64,000 nucleotides of DNA from NCBI GenBank assembly GCA_965218695.1, contig OZ244651.1, forward strand, positions 640,001-704,000. The letters run 5' to 3'. The position numbers and the translations under genes are program-made. The notes under the pieces are model-generated. The model saw nothing but the letters and a program-made list of their open reading frames with translations. It had not been told where the DNA came from and made no database searches. Positions 26,325-36,712 of this stretch are shown piece after piece. Position 1 is the first letter of the stretch. Each line of letters starts with the position of its first letter. The DNA comes from Nitrosopumilus sp. GTDB lineage: Archaea; Thermoproteota; Nitrososphaeria; Nitrososphaerales; Nitrosopumilaceae.

Positions 26325-26625
26325 ATCGCACAGCCTAAAACTCTGGTATTAAATCATTCCCTTATCTTAGCAACATGGGGTACTGCCTCTGCCAGCCCGC
26401 TTGGTTCTCTTCCAGCGCCGCCCGTTCTGCTAGTAGCCGTATCTGAGTACTCGAACCAAGCGATCCTGCTTGCAGCATCGAATGTGATCCCCGTACAAAT
26501 TCCTGATGACTTTAAACACTACCTCCATGATGCTCCCCGGATGGCACTCGGACTTGAGCCAGACTGGATTCTTAAAACGTGGACGGTGCTGTCCTGCATC
26601 GGAAAGAGAATACCTGCGCTCTCCG

Positions 26626-29583
26626 CTAATCCTCAGACGGGGTCTGCCAATTCTCCAGGCTGCGCCTGTCTTTCATTCTTCTGGCAACTGCATGAACCGC
26701 AAGCAAGGGCGCTACCACGTAGATTCCTGCCACGGCTGCAATTGAGAGCAGGCCAAATGCGATGACGGAGAGTTCTGATCCCGGATCTGCAAGCATCATT
26801 ATGCTCAACGCGTATACTCCTGGGGTTATCGTTGTTCTGACCACGTCCCTGAACACTGCATTCTCCCTCTCAATGTCTGCCACTACAGGAGAGAACGAGT
26901 AATAGAACTGGTTGAATCCGGTCATGAACGACGCGCCCGATGTCGTAGAGAGGAGCGAGTTGTCCCTGATCTCGCGCAGGAACTGTACCTGCGGTGCAAG
27001 CTCGCTGCCGTACGCGGCAGTCGCAATCAGGCATCCGCCTCCATCGTCAGGAGTCACAGCAGCATCATCATCCGGCGTGGCATCGTCAGGAGTCACAGCA
27101 GCAGCATCATCATCATCCGGCGTGGCATCGTCAGGAGTCACAGCAGCAGCATCATCATCATCCGGCGTGGCATCGTCCAGTCCAACTCCCTCTACAAATA
27201 CCAGTACGTCAGACGCCGAGTCGTATGACCCGAGCAGTGTCCATACAGATTCATTTATGCTGTATACGTCGTAGGTAGCCTCGGCTACATCGCCAGCATC
27301 GTTGAGTACTATCGTTCCAGTGGCTCCAGAGTAGGTCTCCAACACAACAGGCATTGCGGATATGATATCGTCCGTCTCAGTCGAGTCCCCCTCAAGTATC
27401 GAGAGTCCGATCCCCCAGACGGCATCGTACGCAGAGAGCGCGTATGTGTTCGGAGCCCTGCCGACGGTCTCGATTGCCTGTTCATTGATCCTATCTGATA
27501 CCGGGTTTGAGGACAGGGCGTACGCGGTTACAACCAGTCCGGCCTCGTTCAGGAATTTTTGGGCTATGGCGTCGTTTGCAAGCTCCTGGTCATTTACGAC
27601 CGTGTCAGTGCTAAGCCATAATACCTGCGACAGCGATTCGTACTGCGATGCGGATTGCATGATGGGTGTAATCTCGCTGAAGGTTATGACTATGACTGCA
27701 ACCTTGTCAAATCCCACCTCGGATGCGTGCTTTTCGACTGCGTCGGCAAGAAATGAGACCTCGGTGGAGAATTCGTTTGCGTCTGGATTGTACGTCACCC
27801 CGGCATCCATCACGCCCCCGATATTCGTAAACTCTGACCTTATGGCATCTATCAGCCCGTTGCCCCAAGCATCGTTCCTCCATATGGGAACCAAGTTTGT
27901 AACTCCAATTTCTGCAAAGTACCTGGCAATTGCTGGCGCCTGCTTTGTATCATCAGGTACAAACCGGAATACTTTATCCCCGGGCAGTGCAAGGGAAGGA
28001 GCCACAGAGCCGTAACTGATTAGCAACATGTTGTTTTTCTCTGCATATCCCATGACATTGCTCAGTTCGGCACTAGAGTACGTCCCTACCACGCCATTGA
28101 TGCCCTTTGCCTTGATGGCTGACAACTTGTCAAGCGCGATAACGGGACTGCTTGCCGTATCCTCGGCTACTACATTGAGCCTCCAGTCTATTCCGTTTTG
28201 TTCAAGATATCTGTTAAAGTCATCTTCTGCCAGACTTACTGTAAACCTGATGTCCTCGCCATGATCCGAGGCACCGCCCGTGACCGGAATCAGCGCGCCT
28301 ATCTCTACTGTTCCCTCAAGGGTGGACTCTGCCGAATCCTCGGGTTCAACTTCATCTACAAATGCCAGTACGTCAGACGCCGAGTCGTATGACCCGAGAA
28401 GCGTCCATACAGGCTCCCTCACGTCGTATATGTCGTAGGTGGCCTCGGCCAGATCGCCTGCATCGTTCAGCACTATCGTTCCAAGAGCCCCAGAGTATCC
28501 CTCCAACACTGTTGGAAGTACGGATGTGATGGTGTCAGCATCCGTCGAGTCTGCCTCAAGTATCGAGAGTCCGAGTCCCCAGACGACATCGTACGCAGAG
28601 AGCGCGTATGTGTTCGGAACCTTGCCGCTGATCTCGACTGCCTGCGCACTGATCCTCTCCGCTACCGGGTTTGAGGACAGGGCGTACGCGGTTACGACCA
28701 ACCCAGACTCGTTGAAGAACCTTTGGGCTATGGCGTCATTTGCAAGCTCTGCGTCGTTTACGACCGTATCCGTGCTAAACCATAATACCTGCGACAGCGA
28801 GTCGTACTGTGACGCGGATTGCGCGATGGGTGTAATCTCGCTAAAGGTTACGACTACGACTGCAACCTTGTCTTGACCCACTTCAGCTATGTGCCCCTCG
28901 GCTATCTCGGCAAGCAGCGAGACCTCGGAGGAGAACTCGATTGCATCGGGATTGTACCTCACCCCGTCATCCACTACGCCCCCGATAGCAGTAAACTCCG
29001 ACCTTACGGCATCTATCAGTCCGTTGCCCCACTCGTCATTCCTCCATATGGGAATCAGGTTTGTAATGCCGACTTCTGAAAAGTACTTGGCAATCGCCGG
29101 TGCCTGTTTTGTCTCATCCGGCACAAACCGGAATACGCTGTCCCCAGATATGGAAAGGGAAGGAGCCGTTGAGGAGTAGCTGACTAGCATCATATCATTT
29201 TTCTCGGCGTATCCCTTGATGTTGCGCAGCTCGGAACTCGAGTACGGTCCGGCCACGGCGCTGATGCCCTTTGCACTAAAGCTTGTTATCTTTTCAAGTG
29301 CTACAACAGGCATGGATGCCGTATCCTCTATGACTACGTTGAGTCTCCAGTCTATTCCGTTTTCCTCAAGATATCTGTTAAAATCAACTTCTGCAATCTC
29401 TACGGTAATCCTGATGTCCTCGCCATGACCCGAGGCGTCACCCGTAACTGGAACCAGTGCGCCTATCTCTACTGTTCCCTCAAGGGTGGACTCTGCCGGA
29501 TCCCCGGAATAATCCTGCGCATACGCTCCAGTACCCACTAGACTGACTGCAAGTACTGCAATTATCATGTATGCATGATACAT
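26626..29583 (-). CDS. Tandem double LivJ-type substrate-binding protein with acidic repeat linker and CFI-box-CTERM
   Basis: Two ~400-aa internal repeats (TLEGTVEIGAL.PVTG), C-terminal GGCLIATAAYGSELAPQVQFLRE plus TM. Confidence 0.9.
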   Translation of the reverse strand: MYHAYMIIAVLAVSLVGTGAYAQDYSGDPAESTLEGTVEIGALVPVTGDASGHGEDIRITVEIAEVDFNRYLEENGIDWRLNVVIEDTASMPVVALEKITSFSAKGISAVAGPYSSSELRNIKGYAEKNDMMLVSYSSTAPSLSISGDSVFRFVPDETKQAPAIAKYFSEVGITNLIPIWRNDEWGNGLIDAVRSEFTAIGGVVDDGVRYNPDAIEFSSEVSLLAEIAEGHIAEVGQDKVAVVVVTFSEITPIAQSASQYDSLSQVLWFSTDTVVNDAELANDAIAQRFFNESGLVVTAYALSSNPVAERISAQAVEISGKVPNTYALSAYDVVWGLGLSILEADSTDADTITSVLPTVLEGYSGALGTIVLNDAGDLAEATYDIYDVREPVWTLLGSYDSASDVLAFVDEVEPEDSAESTLEGTVEIGALIPVTGGASDHGEDIRFTVSLAEDDFNRYLEQNGIDWRLNVVAEDTASSPVIALDKLSAIKAKGINGVVGTYSSAELSNVMGYAEKNNMLLISYGSVAPSLALPGDKVFRFVPDDTKQAPAIARYFAEIGVTNLVPIWRNDAWGNGLIDAIRSEFTNIGGVMDAGVTYNPDANEFSTEVSFLADAVEKHASEVGFDKVAVIVITFSEITPIMQSASQYESLSQVLWLSTDTVVNDQELANDAIAQKFLNEAGLVVTAYALSSNPVSDRINEQAIETVGRAPNTYALSAYDAVWGIGLSILEGDSTETDDIISAMPVVLETYSGATGTIVLNDAGDVAEATYDVYSINESVWTLLGSYDSASDVLVFVEGVGLDDATPDDDDAAAVTPDDATPDDDDAAAVTPDDATPDDDAAVTPDDGGGCLIATAAYGSELAPQVQFLREIRDNSLLSTTSGASFMTGFNQFYYSFSPVVADIERENAVFRDVVRTTITPGVYALSIMMLADPGSELSVIAFGLLSIAAVAGIYVVAPLLAVHAVARRMKDRRSLENWQTPSED
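27042..27178. repeat. About 3 copies of a 39-45 bp in-frame tandem repeat (TPDDATPDDDDAAAV)
   Basis: CATCGTCAGGAGTCACAGCAGCA...TCCGGCGTGG repeated. Confidence 0.9.
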
Positions 29584-29702
29584 TACACTAATGTTACTAT
29601 CATGCAGTAAATAAGTACATCGTATCTGAAAAGCCTGAAAGCCGCATTGGCAGAAGATCAAACAGACTGCCAAGGGCTGCATGCCCACAAACCCATTACC
29701 GC

Positions 29703-30608
29703 TCAGTAGATCATGTGGTTGCTGATGCTGCGAAGATTCTTGGCGGTGACAAAATGACACTCGTTTTTGCCTTCGGCTTCTGCCTGGCGCAGAGAGAGCA
29801 GCTGTGAAAAAAACGTGCGGTATATCGTGGCCCGGATGTCGCCTGACGGAACATCAGGATGAACCACGTTGATTCCCGCGTCCTGGAGGCCGTCTGCAAG
29901 GTTCCTGTTGTGCCTGTTTCGTCCCTCGAGTAGTATTACGGTGTCCCCCCTCCCAGCAGAGAAGAGCTCCATGTGCGAGAACTGCTCTGTCCTGGAGTAG
30001 TGCGCATCATGCCCGACAGTCTCATAGAGCTTTGCCGCACAGTACATTGCAAGCGGGTATGCGGACTGGCCTCCCAGGATGTAGGGGCGCCCCGAGATAT
30101 GCGCGTCTGCCGCATCGGACTCTGCCCTCAGGAACAGCGCCTCGGGGTCAGGCATCCGAAAACGCCTCACCAGGGAGACGCAGGCAAGCGCGCTTGCCAG
30201 AAACGAGATGCTTCCCGCGGTGAATACGCCGCTGCCGGGAAACCCTAGCAGTATCGTGTCCCTGGAGGCGCAAGCAAGCCTGCTTCTGGGATTGGCAGTG
30301 ATGGCAGTGGCGTTTCCTGCGAGTTTGGCTGCCCGGATTCCGGCCACGGTCTCCCCGGATATGGAGATGATGTACGGGTGCTTTGAGCGCGCAATGGTCC
30401 TGTTCCGGGACAGATCCAGGGGATCCATTGCCCGAATGCGCCCTTCGGAGAAAGATTCTGCAAGCATCGCAGATGCCAAAGAGTCCCCGCTTCCTGAAAA
30501 GACGCACCCGTCCTGCTCATCTGCAGGTATTGGCTTTTGCATCCCAAACGACTTGAGAAATTCAGGCTGCAGCCTGATCTCCTGCCGGTATGCCTCGATG
30601 GTGTTCAC
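29703..30608 (-). CDS. SIS-domain sugar isomerase
   Basis: FSGSGDS, ISISGET, AITAN, AAKLYE, EQFSHMELF. Confidence 0.85.
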   Translation of the reverse strand: MNTIEAYRQEIRLQPEFLKSFGMQKPIPADEQDGCVFSGSGDSLASAMLAESFSEGRIRAMDPLDLSRNRTIARSKHPYIISISGETVAGIRAAKLAGNATAITANPRSRLACASRDTILLGFPGSGVFTAGSISFLASALACVSLVRRFRMPDPEALFLRAESDAADAHISGRPYILGGQSAYPLAMYCAAKLYETVGHDAHYSRTEQFSHMELFSAGRGDTVILLEGRNRHNRNLADGLQDAGINVVHPDVPSGDIRATIYRTFFSQLLSLRQAEAEGKNECHFVTAKNLRSISNHMIY

Positions 30609-30772
30609 ACGGTGGTACCGTCCCTGAGATATATTAGAGGAGTGGCCGCGGCGGTGCAGGCGCATCACAGACGCCGGCCGGGACTGAGGCAGCAGGTTCG
30701 CGCCCAAGCCACGTGCCGCACCGCCCGACTTGTGGGGGATTGGTTTTTATTAATTCAGTCTCAAACCCGGTT

Positions 30773-31603
30773 GTGAGGATAACTGTAGGGCACACGCCTG
30801 ACGCAGATGACGCATTCATGTTTTATGGCATGCTGACAGGCGCCGTCCCCTCCCCGGGGTTTGAAGTAGAGCATGTAATCGGGGACATTGAGAGCCTGAA
30901 CCGCGGTGCCAAGAACCCTTCCCTTGACGTCACGGCAGTCTCTGTCCACGCCTGCGCGTACATCAGGGGGTACACGATACTGAGAAGCGGCGGAAGCTTT
31001 GGGCTGAATTACGGTCCCATCCTCATAGGACGGGACATGATGAGCCTAGACGAGGCAAGGGGGCGCAAGATCGCGGTGCCCGGAAGGATGACTTCTGCGT
31101 TTCTGCTGCTCCAGCTTATGATTGGAAGATTCGAGTATGTGGAGATGGACTTTGACAAGATCCCAGAGGCCGTAAAGAACGGGGACGTGGATGTCGGTCT
31201 TGCAATACACGAGACCCAGCTGTCGCACATGCAGGAAGGCGTCCAGAAGATCCTGGATGTCGGGGAGTGGTGGAACGATACGACCGGCGGGCTTGCCGTG
31301 CCGCTTGGCATAAACGTGATGAGGACCGAACTGGGCGAAGACACCATAGCAAGGTTTGACAGGTACCTTCAGGAATCAATAAAGTACGGCCTTGAGCACA
31401 TGGAGGATGCGCTGGACTATGCCATGCAGTACTCTAGGGGCAAGCCGCGCGAGTTGATTGGGCGGTTTGTAAGGATGTACGTGAACCATGTCACAGTCAA
31501 CATGAAAGAGTCCGGGGAGCAGTCCATCAGGAAGATGTTCGAGATGGCACGCAAGAAGGATTTGGTTCCCGACTTTGAGCTGAGCATGGCCAGGCAGTCA
31601 TGA
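30773..31603 (+). CDS. mqnD: 1,4-dihydroxy-6-naphthoate synthase
   Basis: GHTPDADDAFMFY, DIESLN, G..YGP, AVPG.MTSA, IHE, PLG. Confidence 0.9.
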   Translation: MRITVGHTPDADDAFMFYGMLTGAVPSPGFEVEHVIGDIESLNRGAKNPSLDVTAVSVHACAYIRGYTILRSGGSFGLNYGPILIGRDMMSLDEARGRKIAVPGRMTSAFLLLQLMIGRFEYVEMDFDKIPEAVKNGDVDVGLAIHETQLSHMQEGVQKILDVGEWWNDTTGGLAVPLGINVMRTELGEDTIARFDRYLQESIKYGLEHMEDALDYAMQYSRGKPRELIGRFVRMYVNHVTVNMKESGEQSIRKMFEMARKKDLVPDFELSMARQS

Positions 31604-31622
31604 TATGGGGGAATGGTGAGGC

Positions 31623-31913
31623 TTGGGAGACGGAATCGGCGGTCCTGTGATCAGAATACTCACAGGCGACACCTTTGAGATGCTTGTAAGCCACGTCAGA
31701 AAGGACAACAAGGACGAGTACGGAAAGACCGAGAGGGTAATGGTTGCAAAGATTGACGATCCGGACAACCCGCAGTACCAGAACACCACGCAGGAGCAGC
31801 TGGAACGGACGCTCCGCGGAAGGTTTGTCTCGTGCAACGTGCAGTACAGGGACTCCAAGACCGACGTGCTTGTCTGCAACGTATTTGTCCAAAAGCCGCC
31901 CGAGGGCTTTTAG
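31623..31913 (+). CDS. Small SNase/OB-fold-like protein
   Basis: GPVIRILTGDTF...V.C.V..RD. Confidence 0.55.
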   Translation: MGDGIGGPVIRILTGDTFEMLVSHVRKDNKDEYGKTERVMVAKIDDPDNPQYQNTTQEQLERTLRGRFVSCNVQYRDSKTDVLVCNVFVQKPPEGF

Positions 31914-31999
31914 CGGGGACAGCCCCATATCTGAAATTCTGGTATCGGGTCTGGACATGGACAATGTCTAATATATGGAGGAGCGATAGACTAGACATC

Positions 32000-32278
32000 A
32001 TGGTTCTTGTAGACAAGAGAATCCTTGGGGGGGGCATTGCAATGATAACTGTGGGGGTGATCCTGACCACCCTTCTCTCTGCCTCGGTTCCCGCAGGACA
32101 GGCCGGGATGACAGAAGAGGAGATAATCGATCTCCTGACGGCGCAGCAGGAGATAGATGACTACAACACCCTGTCAGGAATACTGATCGGGGTGGGGTTC
32201 CTGTTGGTGCTGATAAGCTTTGGCGCCAGAAGACGAAACAGCGCCAAAAAGATTGAGAAAAAGACTGCTGCAGAGTGA
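32000..32278 (+). CDS. Small two-TM membrane protein
   Basis: Two TM helices and basic tail. Confidence 0.7.
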   Translation: MVLVDKRILGGGIAMITVGVILTTLLSASVPAGQAGMTEEEIIDLLTAQQEIDDYNTLSGILIGVGFLLVLISFGARRRNSAKKIEKKTAAE

Positions 32279-32571
32279 CTGCGCAGTAGGCGGCATGACG
32301 TTTCACTCGTTTGGGGGGGGGGGTGAACAGGCACCGCTTTGCAGCCGAAAAGTCTTGATCCTGGGGTGCGTTGAAAATCAGTGTGACGTCTTTAAACGCG
32401 CTGTACAGGCAAGCAGGTTAACCCAGATGAGACAGGTTCCAGTGGTAAGCCGGGTGGTTGACCAGAGACAGTCAGGCAGGGCATGTGGACACAGGCTACA
32501 AGAGAAGAGGTAGAACGAGCCGGCGTACTGCATGCAACATGTTGAAAAACCTCCATGACGCAACAATTCAC

Positions 32572-32877
32572 ATGATACACGCCGAGATCAGCATATACCC
32601 CATGGCCACAAAGGATGCCAGCGTGAGCTTTTACATCGCAAAGGCGATAGAGTCCATACGGGACATGGACGGCCTCAGGTACGAGATCAACCCCATGGGG
32701 ACGGTCCTGGAGTCAGAGGATATAGGCGCCATACACGAGGCCACAGACAGGATGATGGAGGTTGTCCACAACCTGGGGGTGGGCAGGGTGGAGGTAGTGC
32801 TCAAGATAGACTCCCGGAGGGACAGGAACACAAGCATGGAGGAAAAGGTAGAGTCGGTAAAGAGGCACATGTGCTAA
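32572..32877 (+). CDS. MTH1187/YkoF-family thiamine-binding protein
   Basis: AEISIYP, PMGT.LE, KID.RRD...MEEKV.SV. Confidence 0.9.
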   Translation: MIHAEISIYPMATKDASVSFYIAKAIESIRDMDGLRYEINPMGTVLESEDIGAIHEATDRMMEVVHNLGVGRVEVVLKIDSRRDRNTSMEEKVESVKRHMC

Positions 32878-33971
32878 AAGCGTCTTAGGATGCCAAAGTG
32901 CGTGTTCCTCTGGGCCGGACTGCGTCCAATCTCCTTTGCCATTACTGCCAGCTCGTCGACTGAGGACGAGGTGGGTTTTCCTGCAGCACGGTAGATCTCC
33001 TCTGAGAACGCGGTGCCCACCAGGTCGCTGCCGCCGTTGGAGAGTGCGACCTGTGCGAGTTTTTTGCCGTAGGCCACCCAGTACACGGATATGTTGTCAA
33101 GGACGCCTGCAAGCATGAGCCTCGAGAGGGCAATTACCCTCAGGTCGTACACCGACGAGCACTCGTGATCCACGAGGTGCTCCTGCTCAAGTTCGGTGTT
33201 GTCCATGCTGAACTTTAGCGGAATCAGGGTGAGGAACCCGCCGGTCTTTTTCTGCAGATCACGGATCTTTATCAGATGGTCCACTATGTGCTCCGGCTTC
33301 TCTATGTGCCCGTACAGCATGGTGACGTTGCTCCGGATTCCAATGTCGTGCGCCTCCCCGATGACGTCAAGCCACTCCTGTCCGGAGCACTTGCCGCGGA
33401 CTATCCTGTTTCGTATGTCCGGGTGAAACAGCTCCGCGCCGCCGCCTGGCATCGAGTCAAGGCCCGCATCCTTGAACCTGTGCAGGATCTCCTTTGTGGA
33501 GTTTTTGGTAAGCTTTGAAAGATAGAATATCTCGGCTGCAGTAAGAGCCTTGATGTTAAGGTCCGGGTGCCGTTCCTTGATGGTCCTCATCATGTCCTCG
33601 TAGTACTCCAAGGGCAGCTTGGGATGAAACCCTCCCACTATGTGTACCTCTGTGGCGCCCATCTGCTTGGCAATTCCGACCCTCTGCACTATCTCTTCGG
33701 GGGTCAGCGTGTATGCATCGTCTGCGCCGTCCTTTCTGTAAAACGCGCACATCTGGCAGCTGGCCGCACAGACGTTTGTATAGTTCATATAGTATGATGC
33801 TGCAAAGGTCACAGTGTCGCCCACCAGCCTCCTGCGGATAGCATCCCCCACGGCTCCAAGAAGATGAATGTTGTCATAGTCCATCAGTTCGACGCCGTCC
33901 TTGTACGAGAGCTCCTCTCCGGCAATGGCACGATCCAGCGCACGCGAGTCGCCTGCAAGCCCATTCAACAT
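32874..33971 (-). CDS. mqnE: Radical SAM CofH/MqnE family, probably aminofutalosine synthase
   Basis: TNVCAASCQMCAF, HIVGGFHP, MPGGGAE, MLYGHIE; mqnD nearby. Confidence 0.75.
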   Translation of the reverse strand: MLNGLAGDSRALDRAIAGEELSYKDGVELMDYDNIHLLGAVGDAIRRRLVGDTVTFAASYYMNYTNVCAASCQMCAFYRKDGADDAYTLTPEEIVQRVGIAKQMGATEVHIVGGFHPKLPLEYYEDMMRTIKERHPDLNIKALTAAEIFYLSKLTKNSTKEILHRFKDAGLDSMPGGGAELFHPDIRNRIVRGKCSGQEWLDVIGEAHDIGIRSNVTMLYGHIEKPEHIVDHLIKIRDLQKKTGGFLTLIPLKFSMDNTELEQEHLVDHECSSVYDLRVIALSRLMLAGVLDNISVYWVAYGKKLAQVALSNGGSDLVGTAFSEEIYRAAGKPTSSSVDELAVMAKEIGRSPAQRNTHFGILRRF

Positions 33972-34148
33972 TGCTCATCACACCTTCGGTTCTTATATAA
34001 TCCTTGAAATCCGGCCTCGCGTATCTGGCTGCATCGAGCACTGCAGGGGCATGGCCACGCCCGTCACGAGATGGGTTTCAGCACCTGAAAGGCAGGACCG
34101 TGCCCTGAAATCTCAAAGGATAAGTACCCGAATGACGTCATCCCCCGT

Positions 34149-34316
34149 ATGGTACTTCCAATCGTAGAGGAGTCCCGCCCAAAGTGCTACCTGTGCCATG
34201 AGGGGTTTGAGGATCTGGAAAAGCTAAGAGAGCACCAGCGCATGGCACACGAGGATTCCGAGGTGCAAGTAAGGCCAGAACGCGAGCCTGCACCCGGGGA
34301 CGTGACTGTATTTTAG
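34149..34316 (+). CDS. C2H2 zinc-finger microprotein, 55 aa
   Basis: Hand translation MVLPIVEESRPKCYLCHEGFEDLEKLREHQRMAH...PAPGDVTVF*. Confidence 0.75.
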   Translation: MVLPIVEESRPKCYLCHEGFEDLEKLREHQRMAHEDSEVQVRPEREPAPGDVTVF

Positions 34317-34373
34317 GAAATAATCGGCATCCGGGCAGCGCAGGATGCCATGGCGTATAGCACAATCATGGCA

Positions 34374-34610
34374 TCAAGACGAGTGCCTGTCCCGCGGGTC
34401 TATCTGGAGTGAACGCTCAAAACACCGCGCCGACTCCTCGTACCTGCCCATCCCCCTGAGCGCGACTCCCTTGAGGTTCCAAAGATCAGGATCGCCTGGT
34501 TTGAGGGCAAGCGCCTGCTCAAATAGATCAAGTGCCTCATCAAACCGTCCCGCCTCGATACACCGCTCCCCCTCTAGGATAACCTTGGATGTGTCAGTCA
34601 CAGGTACCAT
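34374..34610 (-). CDS. TPR protein
   Basis: EALDLFEQAL.L.P...LWNLKGVAL..MGRYEES. Confidence 0.85.
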   Translation of the reverse strand: MVPVTDTSKVILEGERCIEAGRFDEALDLFEQALALKPGDPDLWNLKGVALRGMGRYEESARCFERSLQIDPRDRHSS

Positions 34611-34885
34611 TACTGCTTGCGTGTATTTAATACAGTCTGGTTTTGACTGCGCCCCCAGATCCATGTTGATGCCTCGGCGCGCTCTGGAATGATTCATGGG
34701 AGGGGGGTCCGCGTATGGCTTGATTCAAGGGTATTCACGATTTGTCGTCATTGAAGTGGATTGTCGCCGGGAAGGGCCGCATCCGGATGCGGCATTTCCC
34801 TGTCACAAGACGGCCGCACGGTGGGGGATTAAAGATTGAGTTAGTTTGATCGAATGTTTAAATAAATTTGTTAGATACATACAAT

Positions 34886-35329
34886 ATGAAACTTGATGAA
34901 AAGGACGCAGTCATTCTTAAGAATCTGACAGTGGATGCGCGGCTCTCGGCAAGAAAGATAGCACACATGGTCGGAGTCTCCACGGTGACGGTACTCTCCA
35001 AGATAAGAAAGATGGAGAAGGCAGGAATTATCAGCGGGTACACGGCAGTCGTAGACCATGAGAAGATCGGATATTCCCTGACTGCGGTAATCGAGATCGT
35101 CTCCCAGAAGAGCAAGATTATTGAAGTCGAGGCCGGCATGGCAAAACTTGAAAACGTCTGCGCAGTCTACGACGTTACCGGATCCACAGACATGATGATC
35201 ATAGCAAAATTCAAAGCAAGGGAGGATCTGAGCAGGTTCGTAAAGAAGTTGGCAGCAACCCCCAATGTGGATAATACCATAACTCATGTGGTCCTAGACA
35301 CGGCAAAGGAAGATTTCAGACTGGTGTAG
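34886..35329 (+). CDS. Lrp/AsnC transcriptional regulator
   Basis: LDEKD..IL..L..DAR HTH; YDVTG..D. Confidence 0.95.
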   Translation: MKLDEKDAVILKNLTVDARLSARKIAHMVGVSTVTVLSKIRKMEKAGIISGYTAVVDHEKIGYSLTAVIEIVSQKSKIIEVEAGMAKLENVCAVYDVTGSTDMMIIAKFKAREDLSRFVKKLAATPNVDNTITHVVLDTAKEDFRLV

Positions 35330-35333
35330 GCAC

Positions 35334-35894
35334 ATGATGGCCTTTGTCATTCTCCTTGTGCCCATAGCCATCTCAGGGATGGTCCAGGTCTCCTTTGCGC
35401 AGACTGGGCAGGCGCCGGACATGGTTCTTGAGGTATCGGATCTTGAAAAGACCGTTCTGTTTGGAGGTTTTGCAGTTGCCGTAATCGGGGTGTTTTTGTT
35501 TCTTGCGCGGGATGTCATACTGCGCAAAAGGACGTCGTATGACTCGGAGGATCTCGAGTCAAAGAGGGAGAAGACGTATGAAAAGTATCACTCGGACTGG
35601 GGGGACGACTATGAGGAGATTGGCAGCAGGAAGAACACTAGGATGGACAAGGAGTTTCGCAGTGCTGCGGCAAGCGGGGATCTTCCGGACTATTACGGGA
35701 TTTTGGGAGTTGCCACAGACGCCACGCCAGAGGACATAAAGAAGAGGTTCAGGGAGCTTGCAAAGAAGACGCATCCGGACAAGGCAGGCGGCGACTCTGA
35801 GGAGATGATGGCCGAGATCAACGAGGCATACGAGGTACTCTCCGACAAGGAGAGCAGGGACAGGTATGACAGGCACTCTTCCAGGCTAGGCTGA
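35334..35894 (+). CDS. Membrane-anchored J-domain protein
   Basis: DYYGILGV...HPDK...[10 protein letters not shown]. Confidence 0.9.
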   Translation: MMAFVILLVPIAISGMVQVSFAQTGQAPDMVLEVSDLEKTVLFGGFAVAVIGVFLFLARDVILRKRTSYDSEDLESKREKTYEKYHSDWGDDYEEIGSRKNTRMDKEFRSAAASGDLPDYYGILGVATDATPEDIKKRFRELAKKTHPDKAGGDSEEMMAEINEAYEVLSDKESRDRYDRHSSRLG

Positions 35895-36290
35895 TTCCAG
35901 ACCCACGATGGTCATGCCAAGCTCCATCGAATCCGGAGTCTGGACGCTGTTGGTAAGGTGGGTCGTGATTGCAAGGCGGACGGGCCTGCCACTGCAGGCA
36001 ATCTCTGCATCAATCCGGAGCACCTCAAACTCGGTGCTTGGCCCGAGCATCTTTCCGGTAAGGGACGGCGCCAGATTGGTGCCGAGCACGGTTCCGGTGA
36101 TGCGGTGGGCGGACCTGCCTGAAAAGTATACGCCGCCGCGCGTCGTGGGCCTATTAACAGGGGTGGGGGAATCTGCAACGGTGACATTCTCCATCGGGTA
36201 CGAGGCATCGTCCAGACGCAGCATAAACCTTGGGGTGGGTTTCTGGTCAGGCCGCATCAGGATGTCAAGCAGGGCAGAATCTACTGTCAC
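35886..36290 (-). CDS. Conserved hypothetical protein
   Basis: [17 protein letters not shown] motifs. Confidence 0.65.
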   Translation of the reverse strand: MTVDSALLDILMRPDQKPTPRFMLRLDDASYPMENVTVADSPTPVNRPTTRGGVYFSGRSAHRITGTVLGTNLAPSLTGKMLGPSTEFEVLRIDAEIACSGRPVRLAITTHLTNSVQTPDSMELGMTIVGLESA

Positions 36291-36712
36291 GCAGTGACAA
36301 AGAGTGCCAATTCTATTGAACCTTTGCACCCGGCTTTGTTGCCTTTTTGTATTTGAGTTATATGCGTGTTATGTGAAAATTAGTTCCGCTAGTCATTAAC
36401 ATCTTCCTTCCTGGTATCCGCACTTGACACGTGATTCTGATCTTTGTAGATCCTTGCGCTGGGCCGAAACGTGTACAATTGCGAGTCAAGCCTATTATAT
36501 ATACAGCAGCCATCAAATGGTGTCATGTTTACAAAGGATTGCCCACATTGTGGACATGAATGGGAATCGTGGGATCCTACAGCCGACCCGCATTGTGAAG
36601 AATTGGGGAAGCGGTTCTACAATCTCTTCGGTGAGTCCTGATGGACACTCTCTTACCCGTACTTGTAGCAGATTCCATCTCTCTTACCGTATATCCCCAA
36701 TCGTACAGCCTG

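Noticed and set aside
27042-27178. CRISPR-like repeat array
   Set aside because: Repeats are contiguous, in frame in a CDS, lack unique spacers, and there are no cas genes.
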